Shown in pieces: positions 23,592-32,801 of a DNA stretch of 40,000 nucleotides. The notes beneath the pieces are model-generated. The model was not told the DNA's origin and searched no databases. It worked only from the letters and a program-made list of their open reading frames with translations. Position numbers and translations under genes: made by a program. The first letter of the stretch is position 1. Every line of letters begins with the position of its first letter. The stretch is from contig JAPPJA010000038.1 of NCBI GenBank assembly GCA_028874675.1, positions 1 to 40,000 of the forward strand. The letters are read 5' to 3'. This DNA is from Chloroflexota bacterium (GTDB taxonomy: Bacteria > Chloroflexota > Dehalococcoidia > Lucifugimonadales > UBA3495).

Positions 23592-26126
23592 TTACAGCAG
23601 GTCCACCGGATCCACGTCAATGGTCACGTCGCGGGTTGGCAGGTCGAGGCCCTCCAGGAAGCGGTGCAGGTTGCGACCCCGCACCAGCAGGTTCCACCGG
23701 TAACGGCCGCGTACCCTGGGGGGAATGCCGGGGGCGGGGCCAAGAATTGCTACATCCGTCAGGCCCTGGGACCGGATACGTTCCCGCATCAGCCGCGCGG
23801 CAATGGTAGCCTGCCGCTGGCACGTGGTCGGGTTGGAGTCCTGGTAGAGCAGCCGCACCAGTTGATTGAAGGGCGGGTTGCCCTGGCGGCGACGGGTAAT
23901 GATCTCCGCCCGGGCCAGGGAAGCATAGTCCTGGTTGGCAGCGGCCATCACGGCATAATGGTCGGGGTTATAGGTCTGGATGACGACTCTTCCCGGCCTG
24001 GCCCCGCGGCCAGCCCGGCCCGCCACCTGGCAAAGCAGCCCAAAGGCCCGCTCCCCGGCGCGGAAGTCGGGGCGGTAGATGCCCACGTCGGCCAGAATCA
24101 CGCCCACCAGCGTAACGTCGGGCAGGTCCAGGCCCTTGGCCACCATCTGGGTGCCCACCAGCGCCTGGACTTCTCCCGCAGCCAGGCGGCGCATGGTCTC
24201 GTCCGGGTCCATGCCGGAGCGGGCGGCGTCGGAGTCCCACCGCTCCACCACCACACCAGGAAAGGCGGCCTTTACCTCGTCCACCACCCGCTGGGTGCCG
24301 ATGCCCAGCTGCCGGATGTGACGGCCCTGGCACCGTCGGCAGATGTCGGGCGGGCGACTGCGCCGGTTGCACCGGTGGCAGCGAAGCCTGGATTCCGAAG
24401 AGTGGTAGGTGAGAGTGGCCGAGCAACTGCTGCAGGTAACCACGAAGCCGCAGTCGCGGCACTGGACCATGGGCGCGCTGCCCCGCTGGTTGAGGAACAG
24501 GATGGCCTGCTCGCCCCGCCCGATGCACTGGGCCAGTCCCTCAGACAGGGCCTGGCTGAAGATGCTGCGGTTGCCTTGCCGGAGTTCCTGGCGCATATCG
24601 GCAATTTCCACCCGTGCCAGGCCCGGGGATTCGCCTGAATCGGCTGACACCGTGCCCTGGGCTCCTTCAACATTCCGGCCGCTGCTCTGCCCGCCGTCCG
24701 GCCTGGCGCCGAAGGGAATGCGGTAGGGCAGTTCCAGCAGCTTATGGCTGCCCTGCAGGGCGTGGTAGTAGGTCTCGATGTCCGGGGTGGCGCTGCCCAG
24801 CAGCACGGTGGCCCCGGTCAGGCGGGCCAGCTCCAGGGCGGCGGTGCGGGCATGGTAGAAGGGATGGGCCTCCACCTGCTTGTAGGTCCACTCGTGCTCT
24901 TCGTCTATGACGATCAGGCCCAGGCTGGGCAGCGGCGCGAAGAGGGCCGAACGGGGGCCGATTACCACGTCGTAGTCGCCATCCCGCATCTGCCACCACT
25001 GGTCGAACCGCTGCCGGTCGGTAAGTCCGCTGTGGGTGACGGCTACCTTGCCGGGAAACCGGGCGTTGACCCGCTCAACCGTCTGGGGAGTCAGGGAGAT
25101 TTCCGGCACCAGGAAGAGGGCCTGCTTTCCCAGGGCTACAGTTTTCGCGATGGCCCGTAGATAGACTTCCGTCTTGCCGCTTCCGGTTACCCCGTGCAGC
25201 AGGAAAGCGCCGGGCGGCCGCGTCGGGTTCGCCAGGGACTCTTCCACCGCCTCCAGGGCCGCGGCCTGATCGGCGTTGAGTACGGGAGGTTCTTCGGCCA
25301 CAGGGGCGCCGCCCTCGCCGTCCTCCCCTTCCCCGAACCGGTCCCGGCCCTCCACCGACCGCGATTCCAGCCGGACCCATTCCAGACCCGCCAAACCCTT
25401 TTCCACCAAGGCGTCCCCCACGCCCGGTCCAAACTCCCGGTTGGCCAGGGTGGTGGAGTACCCGTCTCCGGCTTCGCGTAGGGTTTGAAGCAGGTTCTCC
25501 TGCCTTGGGGAGACCCGAACGGATAGCTCGGGCCAGTTGCCCAGGGCGTCGGGAAGGCCGGTGGGAAACAAGCGGGAGTCGTAGCGAAAGGTGCGGGGAC
25601 GAGGCAGGTCCACCAGCCGGTGCACCAGGCCCCGGTCCACCAGGCGGTTGACCTCCCGAATACCCGCCTGGCCCAGGAGTTTGGCGAAGTCGGCCTCGCT
25701 CATCCGTCCCTGCTGGGCCAGGGCGGCCAGGGCGTCCCTGGAAGCGGGTTTCAGGCCCGGGTCATCGGGGGACTCAAGGGAGCGGGGCAGGATTCGGGAG
25801 CGGACCTGGGCCTTGAATCCGGGAGGGAAGAACAGGGCCAGGGCATCGTAGAGGGCGCAGAGGTAGTAGCCGGCCATCCACCGGGCCAGCGACAGGGCCG
25901 TCTCGTCCAGCAGCCGGCCCGGCTCGACGGCCTGCAAAATGTCCCTGGTGACTTCCACCTGGGGCGCCGACACCAGTTCCAGAACCACGCCCTGCAGAAT
26001 GCGCCGGCCAAAGGGGACCCAGACCAACTGGCCGGGCTCGATTCGAAACCCCTCGGGGATGCTGTAGGAAAAGGTTCGGGAGTAGCCAACCGGGGCGTCA
26101 ACCGCTACTTCTGCGTATCTGGTCAT
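23592..26126 (-). CDS. priA: Primosomal protein N' (replication restart helicase PriA)
   Basis: GVTGSGKTEVY Walker A, DEEHE, Cys-rich zinc region (CRDCG...CSSCS...CHRCN...CRRCQG), 844 aa. Confidence 0.95.
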   Translation of the reverse strand: MTRYAEVAVDAPVGYSRTFSYSIPEGFRIEPGQLVWVPFGRRILQGVVLELVSAPQVEVTRDILQAVEPGRLLDETALSLARWMAGYYLCALYDALALFFPPGFKAQVRSRILPRSLESPDDPGLKPASRDALAALAQQGRMSEADFAKLLGQAGIREVNRLVDRGLVHRLVDLPRPRTFRYDSRLFPTGLPDALGNWPELSVRVSPRQENLLQTLREAGDGYSTTLANREFGPGVGDALVEKGLAGLEWVRLESRSVEGRDRFGEGEDGEGGAPVAEEPPVLNADQAAALEAVEESLANPTRPPGAFLLHGVTGSGKTEVYLRAIAKTVALGKQALFLVPEISLTPQTVERVNARFPGKVAVTHSGLTDRQRFDQWWQMRDGDYDVVIGPRSALFAPLPSLGLIVIDEEHEWTYKQVEAHPFYHARTAALELARLTGATVLLGSATPDIETYYHALQGSHKLLELPYRIPFGARPDGGQSSGRNVEGAQGTVSADSGESPGLARVEIADMRQELRQGNRSIFSQALSEGLAQCIGRGEQAILFLNQRGSAPMVQCRDCGFVVTCSSCSATLTYHSSESRLRCHRCNRRSRPPDICRRCQGRHIRQLGIGTQRVVDEVKAAFPGVVVERWDSDAARSGMDPDETMRRLAAGEVQALVGTQMVAKGLDLPDVTLVGVILADVGIYRPDFRAGERAFGLLCQVAGRAGRGARPGRVVIQTYNPDHYAVMAAANQDYASLARAEIITRRRQGNPPFNQLVRLLYQDSNPTTCQRQATIAARLMRERIRSQGLTDVAILGPAPGIPPRVRGRYRWNLLVRGRNLHRFLEGLDLPTRDVTIDVDPVDLL

Positions 26127-26306
26127 AGGCGCTGGCCACCGGCTGGACTGTCATAAACCGGACAAAATCAGCGGGAGCGGTAAGTCCCGCTGGCGACTTG
26201 CCCGGTCAAACCAGGGATTGGATGTTCGGTCGAGAGGGAGGGGCCGGCCGGAAACAGCCTGTTCCGGCAGCCGCTCAGGTGACCCGAATCTCCATCCGGA
26301 AAACGC

Positions 26307-26687
26307 CTACCGCTGGGCAGCCTCTCCCCGGGGGCGGCGGGGCACCGTCTTTTCCTTGATACGCGCGGCGCGTCCCTGCAGTCCGCGAAGGTAGTAAAGC
26401 TTGGCCCGGCGGACCGAACCCCGGCGGGTTACTTCCAGCGAATCGATCAAGGGGGAATAGAGGGGGAAAATACGTTCCACCCCTATGCCTCCACCGGCCA
26501 TGCGGCGAACGGTAAAGTTGGCCGACGGGCCCGTACCGTTCTGACGGCGAATGACCACACCCTGGAAGGCCTGGATACGCTCTCGTTCGCCCTCCCTGAT
26601 GCGGAAGTTGACCCTGACCGTATCACCGGCGCCGAAGTCGGGTATGTTGGGGTTGGTTTCTGGCTGAAGTATCTGGGCGGCTTCCAT
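26307..26687 (-). CDS. rplS: 50S ribosomal protein L19
   Basis: [29 protein letters not shown] and FTVRR...[11 protein letters not shown] are L19 signatures. Confidence 0.95.
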   Translation of the reverse strand: MEAAQILQPETNPNIPDFGAGDTVRVNFRIREGERERIQAFQGVVIRRQNGTGPSANFTVRRMAGGGIGVERIFPLYSPLIDSLEVTRRGSVRRAKLYYLRGLQGRAARIKEKTVPRRPRGEAAQR

Positions 26688-26872
26688 TTTCTAAACTAAC
26701 TGCCTTTCTTTGTCTGGTCCGGACAGGAATGTGTCTCGCGAAACAACGCTGGCGGTCTCCTTCGACCGCTGGCACTAAATCATACCACATGACCTGGGGA
26801 CTTTGCAGGGTCAGCGCTGGGCGGGTAACAATTCAGAATTGAAGGGAATTACTTGCCACTACGCCCGACATC

Positions 26873-26900
26873 GTAGGGGCGCAAGGCCTTGCGCCCCTAC
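26873..26900. repeat. Perfect 28-bp palindrome (REP-like): gtaggggcgcaagg/ccttgcgcccctac
   Basis: Exact self-complementarity read directly, in a 620-bp intergenic region. Confidence 0.8.
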
Positions 26901-27035
26901 CCACCCCAAGACTTTCCCAAGTTCGATGTTCACGCCTGCGCTCCAACGAAGGGTTTTCACCTAATCAGCGCCCTCCAACCCTGAACAGTTACCCGGGCAG
27001 GTATAACAGGTCCGAGTTGATATTCACGGAGGCCT

Positions 27036-27120
27036 GTCGAAATGCAGCCAAGGGGGGTTTGAAACCCGCCCCTACCTGCTATATACCGCTTAAATCGCAA
27101 CACCAGCGCTCGGCGGCAAC
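27036..27120 (+). repeat. Conserved ~85-nt intergenic element, copy B
   Basis: Aligns with 6880-6966 and shares gtcgaaatgc, gggtttgaaacccgcccct, cctgctata and aatcgcaac. Located upstream of ppk2. Confidence 0.65.
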
Positions 27121-27308
27121 AGTTGGCGGTAAGGGTGATGCGGTTCCTTGCCTGCGGAATTTGTGCCGCCTATAGCACGATTCTACAACGCGATTGCCCC
27201 TACTTCAGGGCCGCCGCAATTGACAGGTTTGCGCGGCATTAATTACGATTAACGAAGACAGGCAAGGACGCGGAGTTCCGCGCTTGCCGCACTTACGGTT
27301 ATTTTCTG

Positions 27309-28202
27309 ATGGTTGCGTACGACGTAAAGCTGGAAAATAACAATATCCTGCCCGAAACCCTGGCCATCAGCCATGATGTGCCGGCGTTCCGGGGCATTGA
27401 GTACCTGGCTTACCGCGCCGAGCTTCGGGTCCTCCGCCGCCAGCTTCTGGCCCTGCAGGAATGGGTGGTGGAAACGGGCCAGCGGGTGGCCATAGTCCTG
27501 GAGGGGCGCGACGCCGCGGGCAAGGGCAACATCGCCGCGGCCATCACCCACTATCTCAACCCCAGGACCTCCGGCATTATCTCCCAGGGAATACCCACGC
27601 CACAGGAAATGCGCAACTGGCTTGGGCATTACCACAAGCTGATGCCCCAGCCCGGCGAGCTGATGGTTTACGACCGCTCCTGGTACTCCCGCGCCCTGAT
27701 CCAGCCGGCCATGGGCTACTGCACCATGCGCCAGTACCACTATTTCATGAACCGGGTCAACGACTGGGAAAAAGACCTGGTGGACGAGGGCGTCACCTTC
27801 ATCAAGCTTTACCTGTCGGTCTCCCGGGAATCCCAGAACCTGCGATTCCGGCTGCGGCAGGACAGCGACCTGCAGTACTGGAAGTATTCGCCCAACGACC
27901 GGAAGGTGGCGGAGCGGTGGCAGCTGCTGACCTACTTCAAGGAGAGGATGTTCGCCGTCACCTCCACCGACTACGCCCCATGGGTTATCATAGAGTCGGA
28001 CAATAAGCAGCAGGCCCGCCTGAACGCCATCCACTACATTCTGACCCGCTTCGAATACGAAGGAAAAGACCTGCGGCCCGAGGTCATCTACCAGGCGCCG
28101 GACACGGATATGCTGACCGACGTGGTGGTGGACGGGGTGCTGTTCACGGGCATGAACCGCGATCAGATAGGAATCCTGGAGCGCATACTGATACATGAAT
28201 AG
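27309..28202 (+). CDS. ppk2: Polyphosphate kinase 2 family protein
   Basis: VLEGRDAAGKG Walker A and YDRSWY are PPK2 motifs. ~297 aa single-domain class. Confidence 0.9.
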   Translation: MVAYDVKLENNNILPETLAISHDVPAFRGIEYLAYRAELRVLRRQLLALQEWVVETGQRVAIVLEGRDAAGKGNIAAAITHYLNPRTSGIISQGIPTPQEMRNWLGHYHKLMPQPGELMVYDRSWYSRALIQPAMGYCTMRQYHYFMNRVNDWEKDLVDEGVTFIKLYLSVSRESQNLRFRLRQDSDLQYWKYSPNDRKVAERWQLLTYFKERMFAVTSTDYAPWVIIESDNKQQARLNAIHYILTRFEYEGKDLRPEVIYQAPDTDMLTDVVVDGVLFTGMNRDQIGILERILIHE

Positions 28203-28659
28203 AGATGAGCTGCCCCGGATGTTCGCCGCCGGAGGCCTGGTCCTCTGCGGCGGTCACGCCCTGGTTATCCGCAAGCACCGATTGCTGGACCTGCCCAAGG
28301 GCAAACTGGACTACCTGGACGAACCCTACGAAATATGCGCTCTTCGGGAAATATCCGAAGAGACCGGCCTTCCAGCCTCCTCCCTCTCCATTCGTTCTCC
28401 CCTCTGCAGAACCAGCTATATTTCCTACTACAAGATCGGGCCGGTGAACAAAACAGTCCAGTGGTTCCTGCTGGACTACGACGGCGATTTGACGGACCCG
28501 CTGCAGCCGGACCTGAAAGAAGGCATCGACCAGGCCCACTGGCTGCCCCTGGATGGACTGCTGGAGAAGATGCGGGCCTCCCGCCCCTACCTGCGCCCGG
28601 TCCGCCAGGCCATAGAGCGGGAATTGTACCTGGCGGCGCTGCCATCGAGCGGGGATTAG
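28195..28659 (+). CDS. NUDIX hydrolase
   Basis: Nudix box GKLDYLDEPYEICALREISEETGL. The start overlaps the ppk2 stop by 8 nt. Confidence 0.85.
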   Translation: MNRDELPRMFAAGGLVLCGGHALVIRKHRLLDLPKGKLDYLDEPYEICALREISEETGLPASSLSIRSPLCRTSYISYYKIGPVNKTVQWFLLDYDGDLTDPLQPDLKEGIDQAHWLPLDGLLEKMRASRPYLRPVRQAIERELYLAALPSSGD

Positions 28660-28800
28660 CAAGCGCCTGCCGTACAACCGATGACGCCTGTTGGGGCCAC
28701 GAGAGGATGCATTATCGCGGGAACGCCAAATACCTGGGCAATGGTAGAATAGGGCTGGACTGATTTGAAAGCCGCATCTCCTCCTCCGGAGGCTACCCTT

Positions 28801-29835
28801 ATGACCATACCCGCCACGACCGCAGTCTTTACCGACGTCGCCGCAGAGTTTCGGGCCATTACCGAGGCAGCTGGCCTCCACGACAGCTCCTACACGGGCA
28901 GGTTGAAGGCCACCGGCGAAGACGCCCTGGATCTGCTTAACCGCCTGTCCACCAACGGCATCGTCAACCTGGCCCCGGGGCAGGGCGCCCCCACAATCCT
29001 GACCACCGACCGGGGCCGCATTCTGGACCTGCTGGGCGTGGTAAACACCGGGGACTATACCCTGCTCATCACCAGCCCCGACTGCCAGCAGGCCGTAATT
29101 GACTGGCTGGACAAGTACACCATCATGGAAGATCTGACGGTGGAGGACATTTCCGGGGACACGTGCCTGTTCACCGTCTGCGGGCCCGACAGCCCCGCGG
29201 CCGTGGCCAGGGCGGCGAGCCTGGAACCGGGCGGGGCGAGCCTGGAGGGCCTGGGCCCTTATTCCGTTCTGCCGGCGGAAATAGCCGGCCACTCCGCCGC
29301 TATCATTCGTCGGCCTTTGGGGGCAATGACGGCCCTTGACGTGGTGGTTGACGCCTCCGCCGACGCCCAGGTATGGGAAACCCTGGCCGCCTCGGGCGCA
29401 ACCCCCGTTGGCACGGAGGCTTTCAACGCTGCCCTGGTCCACAACGGCGTACCCCGCCACGGTCGCGAAATGGGCGACGACTTCAACCCCCTGGAGGCCG
29501 GGCTCATCGGTTCCGTGGACTTTGCCAAGGGCTGCTACATCGGCCAGGAGGTAATCGCCCGCCTGGATACCTACGAGAAGGTGCAGAAGTACCTGGTACG
29601 CTTGGGCTTCTCCGAGGGCGCGCAGGTGGCAGAGGGCGCGACCCTGGAACTGGAGGGCCGCAACGTGGGACAGGTAACATCCCTGTCGGCCATACCCTCC
29701 ACCGGGGAGCTTGTCGGCCTGGGCTACGTCCGCACCGCCAGCGCCAACCCCGGCCAGACGCTGGACCTGGCCGCCCCGTCCACTGGCACGGCCCGGGTTA
29801 CCGATCTCCCCCAGCTTTTCGGCCCAGGGGAGTAG
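28801..29835 (+). CDS. Folate-binding GcvT/YgfZ-family protein (aminomethyltransferase-like)
   Basis: GcvT-like N-terminal pattern (SYTGRLKATGEDALDLLNRLSTN) and C-terminal KGCYIGQE motif. GGAGG at 28788-28792 lies 8 nt before ATG 28801. Track start is 28765. Confidence 0.8.
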   Translation: MTIPATTAVFTDVAAEFRAITEAAGLHDSSYTGRLKATGEDALDLLNRLSTNGIVNLAPGQGAPTILTTDRGRILDLLGVVNTGDYTLLITSPDCQQAVIDWLDKYTIMEDLTVEDISGDTCLFTVCGPDSPAAVARAASLEPGGASLEGLGPYSVLPAEIAGHSAAIIRRPLGAMTALDVVVDASADAQVWETLAASGATPVGTEAFNAALVHNGVPRHGREMGDDFNPLEAGLIGSVDFAKGCYIGQEVIARLDTYEKVQKYLVRLGFSEGAQVAEGATLELEGRNVGQVTSLSAIPSTGELVGLGYVRTASANPGQTLDLAAPSTGTARVTDLPQLFGPGE

Positions 29836-29841
29836 CTGAAT

Positions 29842-29919
29842 TCATCCACGAATAAGCACGAATGGGCACGAATGTTGTGAAGGAAGGTAGAAAAGAGATT
29901 CTTGCTTGTTCGTGGATAA
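29842..29919. repeat. Inverted pair of CACGAAT heptamer arrays with DnaA-box-like heads
   Basis: Forward: TCATCCAC head, CACGAAT at 29847, 29857 and 29867. Reverse: ATTCTTG at 29898, GTTCGTG at 29908, GTGGATAA ending at 29919. Starts 6 nt after the stop at 29833-29835. Confidence 0.75.
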
Positions 29920-29958
29920 CCACCCCTTAATCGGCCAGCCCCATCACCGCGAGGATGA
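29913..29958. repeat. Direct repeat DR1: displaced copy of the ptrB 3' end (last ~10 codons, stop and ~14 nt downstream)
   Basis: tggataaccaccccttaatcggccagccccatcaccgcgaggatga. The 30-nt core is identical to 30249-30278. Confidence 0.85.
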
Positions 29959-29970
29959 TTTAGAGGCGCT

Positions 29971-30195
29971 ATGAATCAACTGTTGAAAGAGGCTTTTGAG
30001 AAGGCCTCATTGCTGCCTGAAGACGAACAGGACAAGTTCGCTCGCTTTCTCCTGGCGGAGTTGGAATCTGAACAGAAATGGGCCGAACTCCTTGACCGGT
30101 CGGAGTCGGACGATTTGCTTACGAAAATGGCGGATGAAGCATTGGCTGACCACAACGCCGGAAATACGGCGCCCCTGGATTCCCAAGACCTGTAA
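29971..30195 (+). CDS. Orphan antitoxin-like small protein (addiction-module-component style, LPEDEQDKFARFLLAELESEQKW)
   Basis: 74 aa acidic helical protein resembling antitoxins that normally precede RelE/ParE-type toxin genes. No toxin ORF fits in the 50 bp before ptrB. Confidence 0.55.
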   Translation: MNQLLKEAFEKASLLPEDEQDKFARFLLAELESEQKWAELLDRSESDDLLTKMADEALADHNAGNTAPLDSQDL

Positions 30196-30232
30196 GAATG
30201 CGGTCCTTAAACGGCTTCTCTTCCCCCCTTCT

Positions 30233-30278
30233 TGGATAAACCCTCCTCAATCGGCCAGCCCCATCACCGCGAGGATGA
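30233..30278. repeat. Direct repeat DR2: the functional ptrB 3' end
   Basis: tggataaaccctcctcaatcggccagccccatcaccgcgaggatga, the partner of 29913-29958. Confidence 0.85.
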
Positions 30279-32370
30279 AGGCATACTCCTCCGCTACCTC
30301 GTAGAGGCGGTCGTACCGGCCCGAGCGGCCGCCGTGGCCGGCGCCCATGTTGGTCTTCAGCAGGGCCAGGTTATCGTCGGTCTTCAGGGCCCGCAGCCTG
30401 GCCACGAACTTGGCCGGCTCCCAGTAGGTTACCCGGGGATCGTTGAGGCCCGCCGTCGCCAGGATGGGTGGGTAGTCCCTGGCCGCCAACTGGTCGTATG
30501 GGGAGTAGGAGCGGATGTACTCGAAGGCAGCCTGGTCTGCAATGGGATTGCCCCACTCGGGCCACTCGATGGGCGTCAGGGGCAGGGAATCGTCCAGCAT
30601 GGTGTTCAGCACGTCCACAAAGGGGACGTGGGCGGCGACGGCGCCCCAGAGTTCCGGGGCCTGGTTGACCACGGCGCCCATCAGCTGCCCGCCGGCGCTG
30701 CCTCCGGCAATGGCGATGCGGCCCTCGGAACCGTAGCCCTCCTTGACCAGGTGACGGGCAACGTCCACAAAGTCGTTGAAGGTGTTGGTGCGGCGGTCCA
30801 GCTTTCCCGCCTCGTACCAGTGGTAGCCCATATCGTCGCCGCCCCGGATGTGGGCGATGGCGAAGATGAAGCCCCGGTCCAGCAGGGACAAGCGGGTGGT
30901 TGAGAAGGAAGGCGGGATGGCGTACCCGTAAGCTCCGTATCCATACAGGTAAGCAGGGGCGGAGCCGTCCACCGGCGTTTCCCGATGCCGGACCAGCGAC
31001 ACCGGCACTTCCGCGCCGTCGCGGGCCGGGGCCAGCAGCCTCTCGGTAACGTACTCGGATGAGTCGTAGCCGCTGGGCACCTCCTGCACCTGTCGCACCT
31101 CCAGCTCACCGGAGCCCAGGTGATAATCGAACACGGTATTGGGGGTCACCATGGAGGTGTAGTCCAGGCGCAGCGTATCCGTCTGAAACTCCCGGTTCTG
31201 GCCCACACCGGTTGTGTAGGCATTCTCAGGAAACTCAACGTAGGTGGTCTCCCCCGCCCGGTCTATGAGGCGGATGTGGTCCAGGCCGTTAATCCGCTCC
31301 TCCACGGCAAGGAAGCCCTGGAAGGCCTCAAACCCGCATATGTAGTGGGTGTCGGAGGCGTCCACCAGGGGCGTCCAGGCGGCCTCGGTGGGATCGTCAG
31401 CCGGGGCCACGGCCAGGCGGGTGTTCTTGTGGGTATCATTGGTGCGGATTACGAAGCGGTCGCCCTGGTGGTCCACCGAGTATTCATGGTTGGGGCGGCG
31501 GGGAGCCACCACCAGCGCATCGGCTCCCGGGTCGGCGCTGGGAATGATCCTCACCTCGCTGGTAACGTGGTCGCCGGCGCCGATGATGACGTACTCCCTG
31601 GAAGACGATTCCCCTATCCCTACGAAAAAGCCCGGGTCGCCCTCTTCGTAAACCACGGCGTCCTGGTCCACGGGCTGGCCCAGGACGTGGAGCCGCACCT
31701 GCCAGGGCCGCCAGTTGTCGTCCACCAGGGTGTAGAAGAAGGAGGAATCGTCGGCGGACCACACCACGCGGCCAGTGGTATCCGGTATTTCCTCGGGCAG
31801 CAGTTCCCCCGTGTCCAGGTTCTTCACCACCAGCCGGAACCGCTCGGAGCCGTCGGTGTCGGCGCTGTAGGCCATCAGGTTGGCGCCGTGGCTCACGCCC
31901 AGGGAACCCAGGCGGAAATATTCCAGTCCCTCGGCCAGGGCCGGTTCGTCCAGGATGGGTTCCGCCTGCGCAGTGGGGCCCAGCCGGGCATCGGCGTCGG
32001 AGGCGGGCCAGCGCAGCCAAACCCGGTACTGGCTTTCTTCGGCGAATTTCCACTGGTAGTACCAGTCGCCGTCCTTCCAGGGCACGCTGGCCAGGTCGGG
32101 CTGCTGGCGGCCCTTGATTTCCTCGAAAATAGTGTCCGTCAGCCCCTTGTAGGGCTCCATCATCGCATTGAAATAAACGTTCTCCGCGTTCAGGTAAGCC
32201 AGGATTTCCTCGTCTTCCACGGTGGGATAATTGGGGTCGCGGAGCCACCGCCACGGGTCATCAATGGTGACGCCGTGGCAGGTATAGCTGTAGGGCCGCT
32301 GTGGAGCCAGCGGCGGAGTTGCTGCCGGCGGCGCAGCATCCTGCGGAACATGGGGTGTCGGTTCTGACAT
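30247..32370 (-). CDS. ptrB: S9A family serine peptidase, oligopeptidase B-like
   Basis: N-terminal HGVTIDDPWRWLRD, catalytic GGSAGG, 707 aa, prolyl oligopeptidase architecture. Confidence 0.88.
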   Translation of the reverse strand: MSEPTPHVPQDAAPPAATPPLAPQRPYSYTCHGVTIDDPWRWLRDPNYPTVEDEEILAYLNAENVYFNAMMEPYKGLTDTIFEEIKGRQQPDLASVPWKDGDWYYQWKFAEESQYRVWLRWPASDADARLGPTAQAEPILDEPALAEGLEYFRLGSLGVSHGANLMAYSADTDGSERFRLVVKNLDTGELLPEEIPDTTGRVVWSADDSSFFYTLVDDNWRPWQVRLHVLGQPVDQDAVVYEEGDPGFFVGIGESSSREYVIIGAGDHVTSEVRIIPSADPGADALVVAPRRPNHEYSVDHQGDRFVIRTNDTHKNTRLAVAPADDPTEAAWTPLVDASDTHYICGFEAFQGFLAVEERINGLDHIRLIDRAGETTYVEFPENAYTTGVGQNREFQTDTLRLDYTSMVTPNTVFDYHLGSGELEVRQVQEVPSGYDSSEYVTERLLAPARDGAEVPVSLVRHRETPVDGSAPAYLYGYGAYGYAIPPSFSTTRLSLLDRGFIFAIAHIRGGDDMGYHWYEAGKLDRRTNTFNDFVDVARHLVKEGYGSEGRIAIAGGSAGGQLMGAVVNQAPELWGAVAAHVPFVDVLNTMLDDSLPLTPIEWPEWGNPIADQAAFEYIRSYSPYDQLAARDYPPILATAGLNDPRVTYWEPAKFVARLRALKTDDNLALLKTNMGAGHGGRSGRYDRLYEVAEEYAFILAVMGLAD

Positions 32371-32801
32371 GTTGAATTCAGCCTCCCGGCGAAGTGAAAG
32401 TAGCTTGCATTGTTATGTTACCCAAAGGAATCCCTTCTCCCGGACAAAGTTAATCACACTTCAGCTTTAATTCCAACGATGTTGGTACCTGGGGAACCCG
32501 CCAGCGGAGGAGCCGGGCGGGTGACCGAAAGAACCCTGCCGCCTCCCGGTCGCCGGGAAAAGGCCCTCCGGCGGCGGTTTGTGTCCTGTAGTTTTGGTGA
32601 ATTTTCGCGGCGCCGGCCGGGGGCAGAGGCGGGTTAAACCAGATACGTCATGCACGTTTTTGGAGGGTGAAAGCGCACCCAGCCCTACCTGAAAACCCGC
32701 CTGCGTCGGCCTATGGCGCTGTCTTGCGCCGCCACACCCCGGCAGGTAAGCTTTTCGCCACCTGTTCTCTTCGGACCACTTTCCACCACCGGGTAAGCAC
32801 C

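Noticed and set aside
26127-26306. Hairpins cagcggga...tcccgctg (~26170-26195) and ccggaaac...gttccgg (~26245-26270) as terminators of rplS or a small RNA.
   Set aside because: The stems are imperfect and there is no adjoining U-tract on either strand, so the evidence is insufficient.
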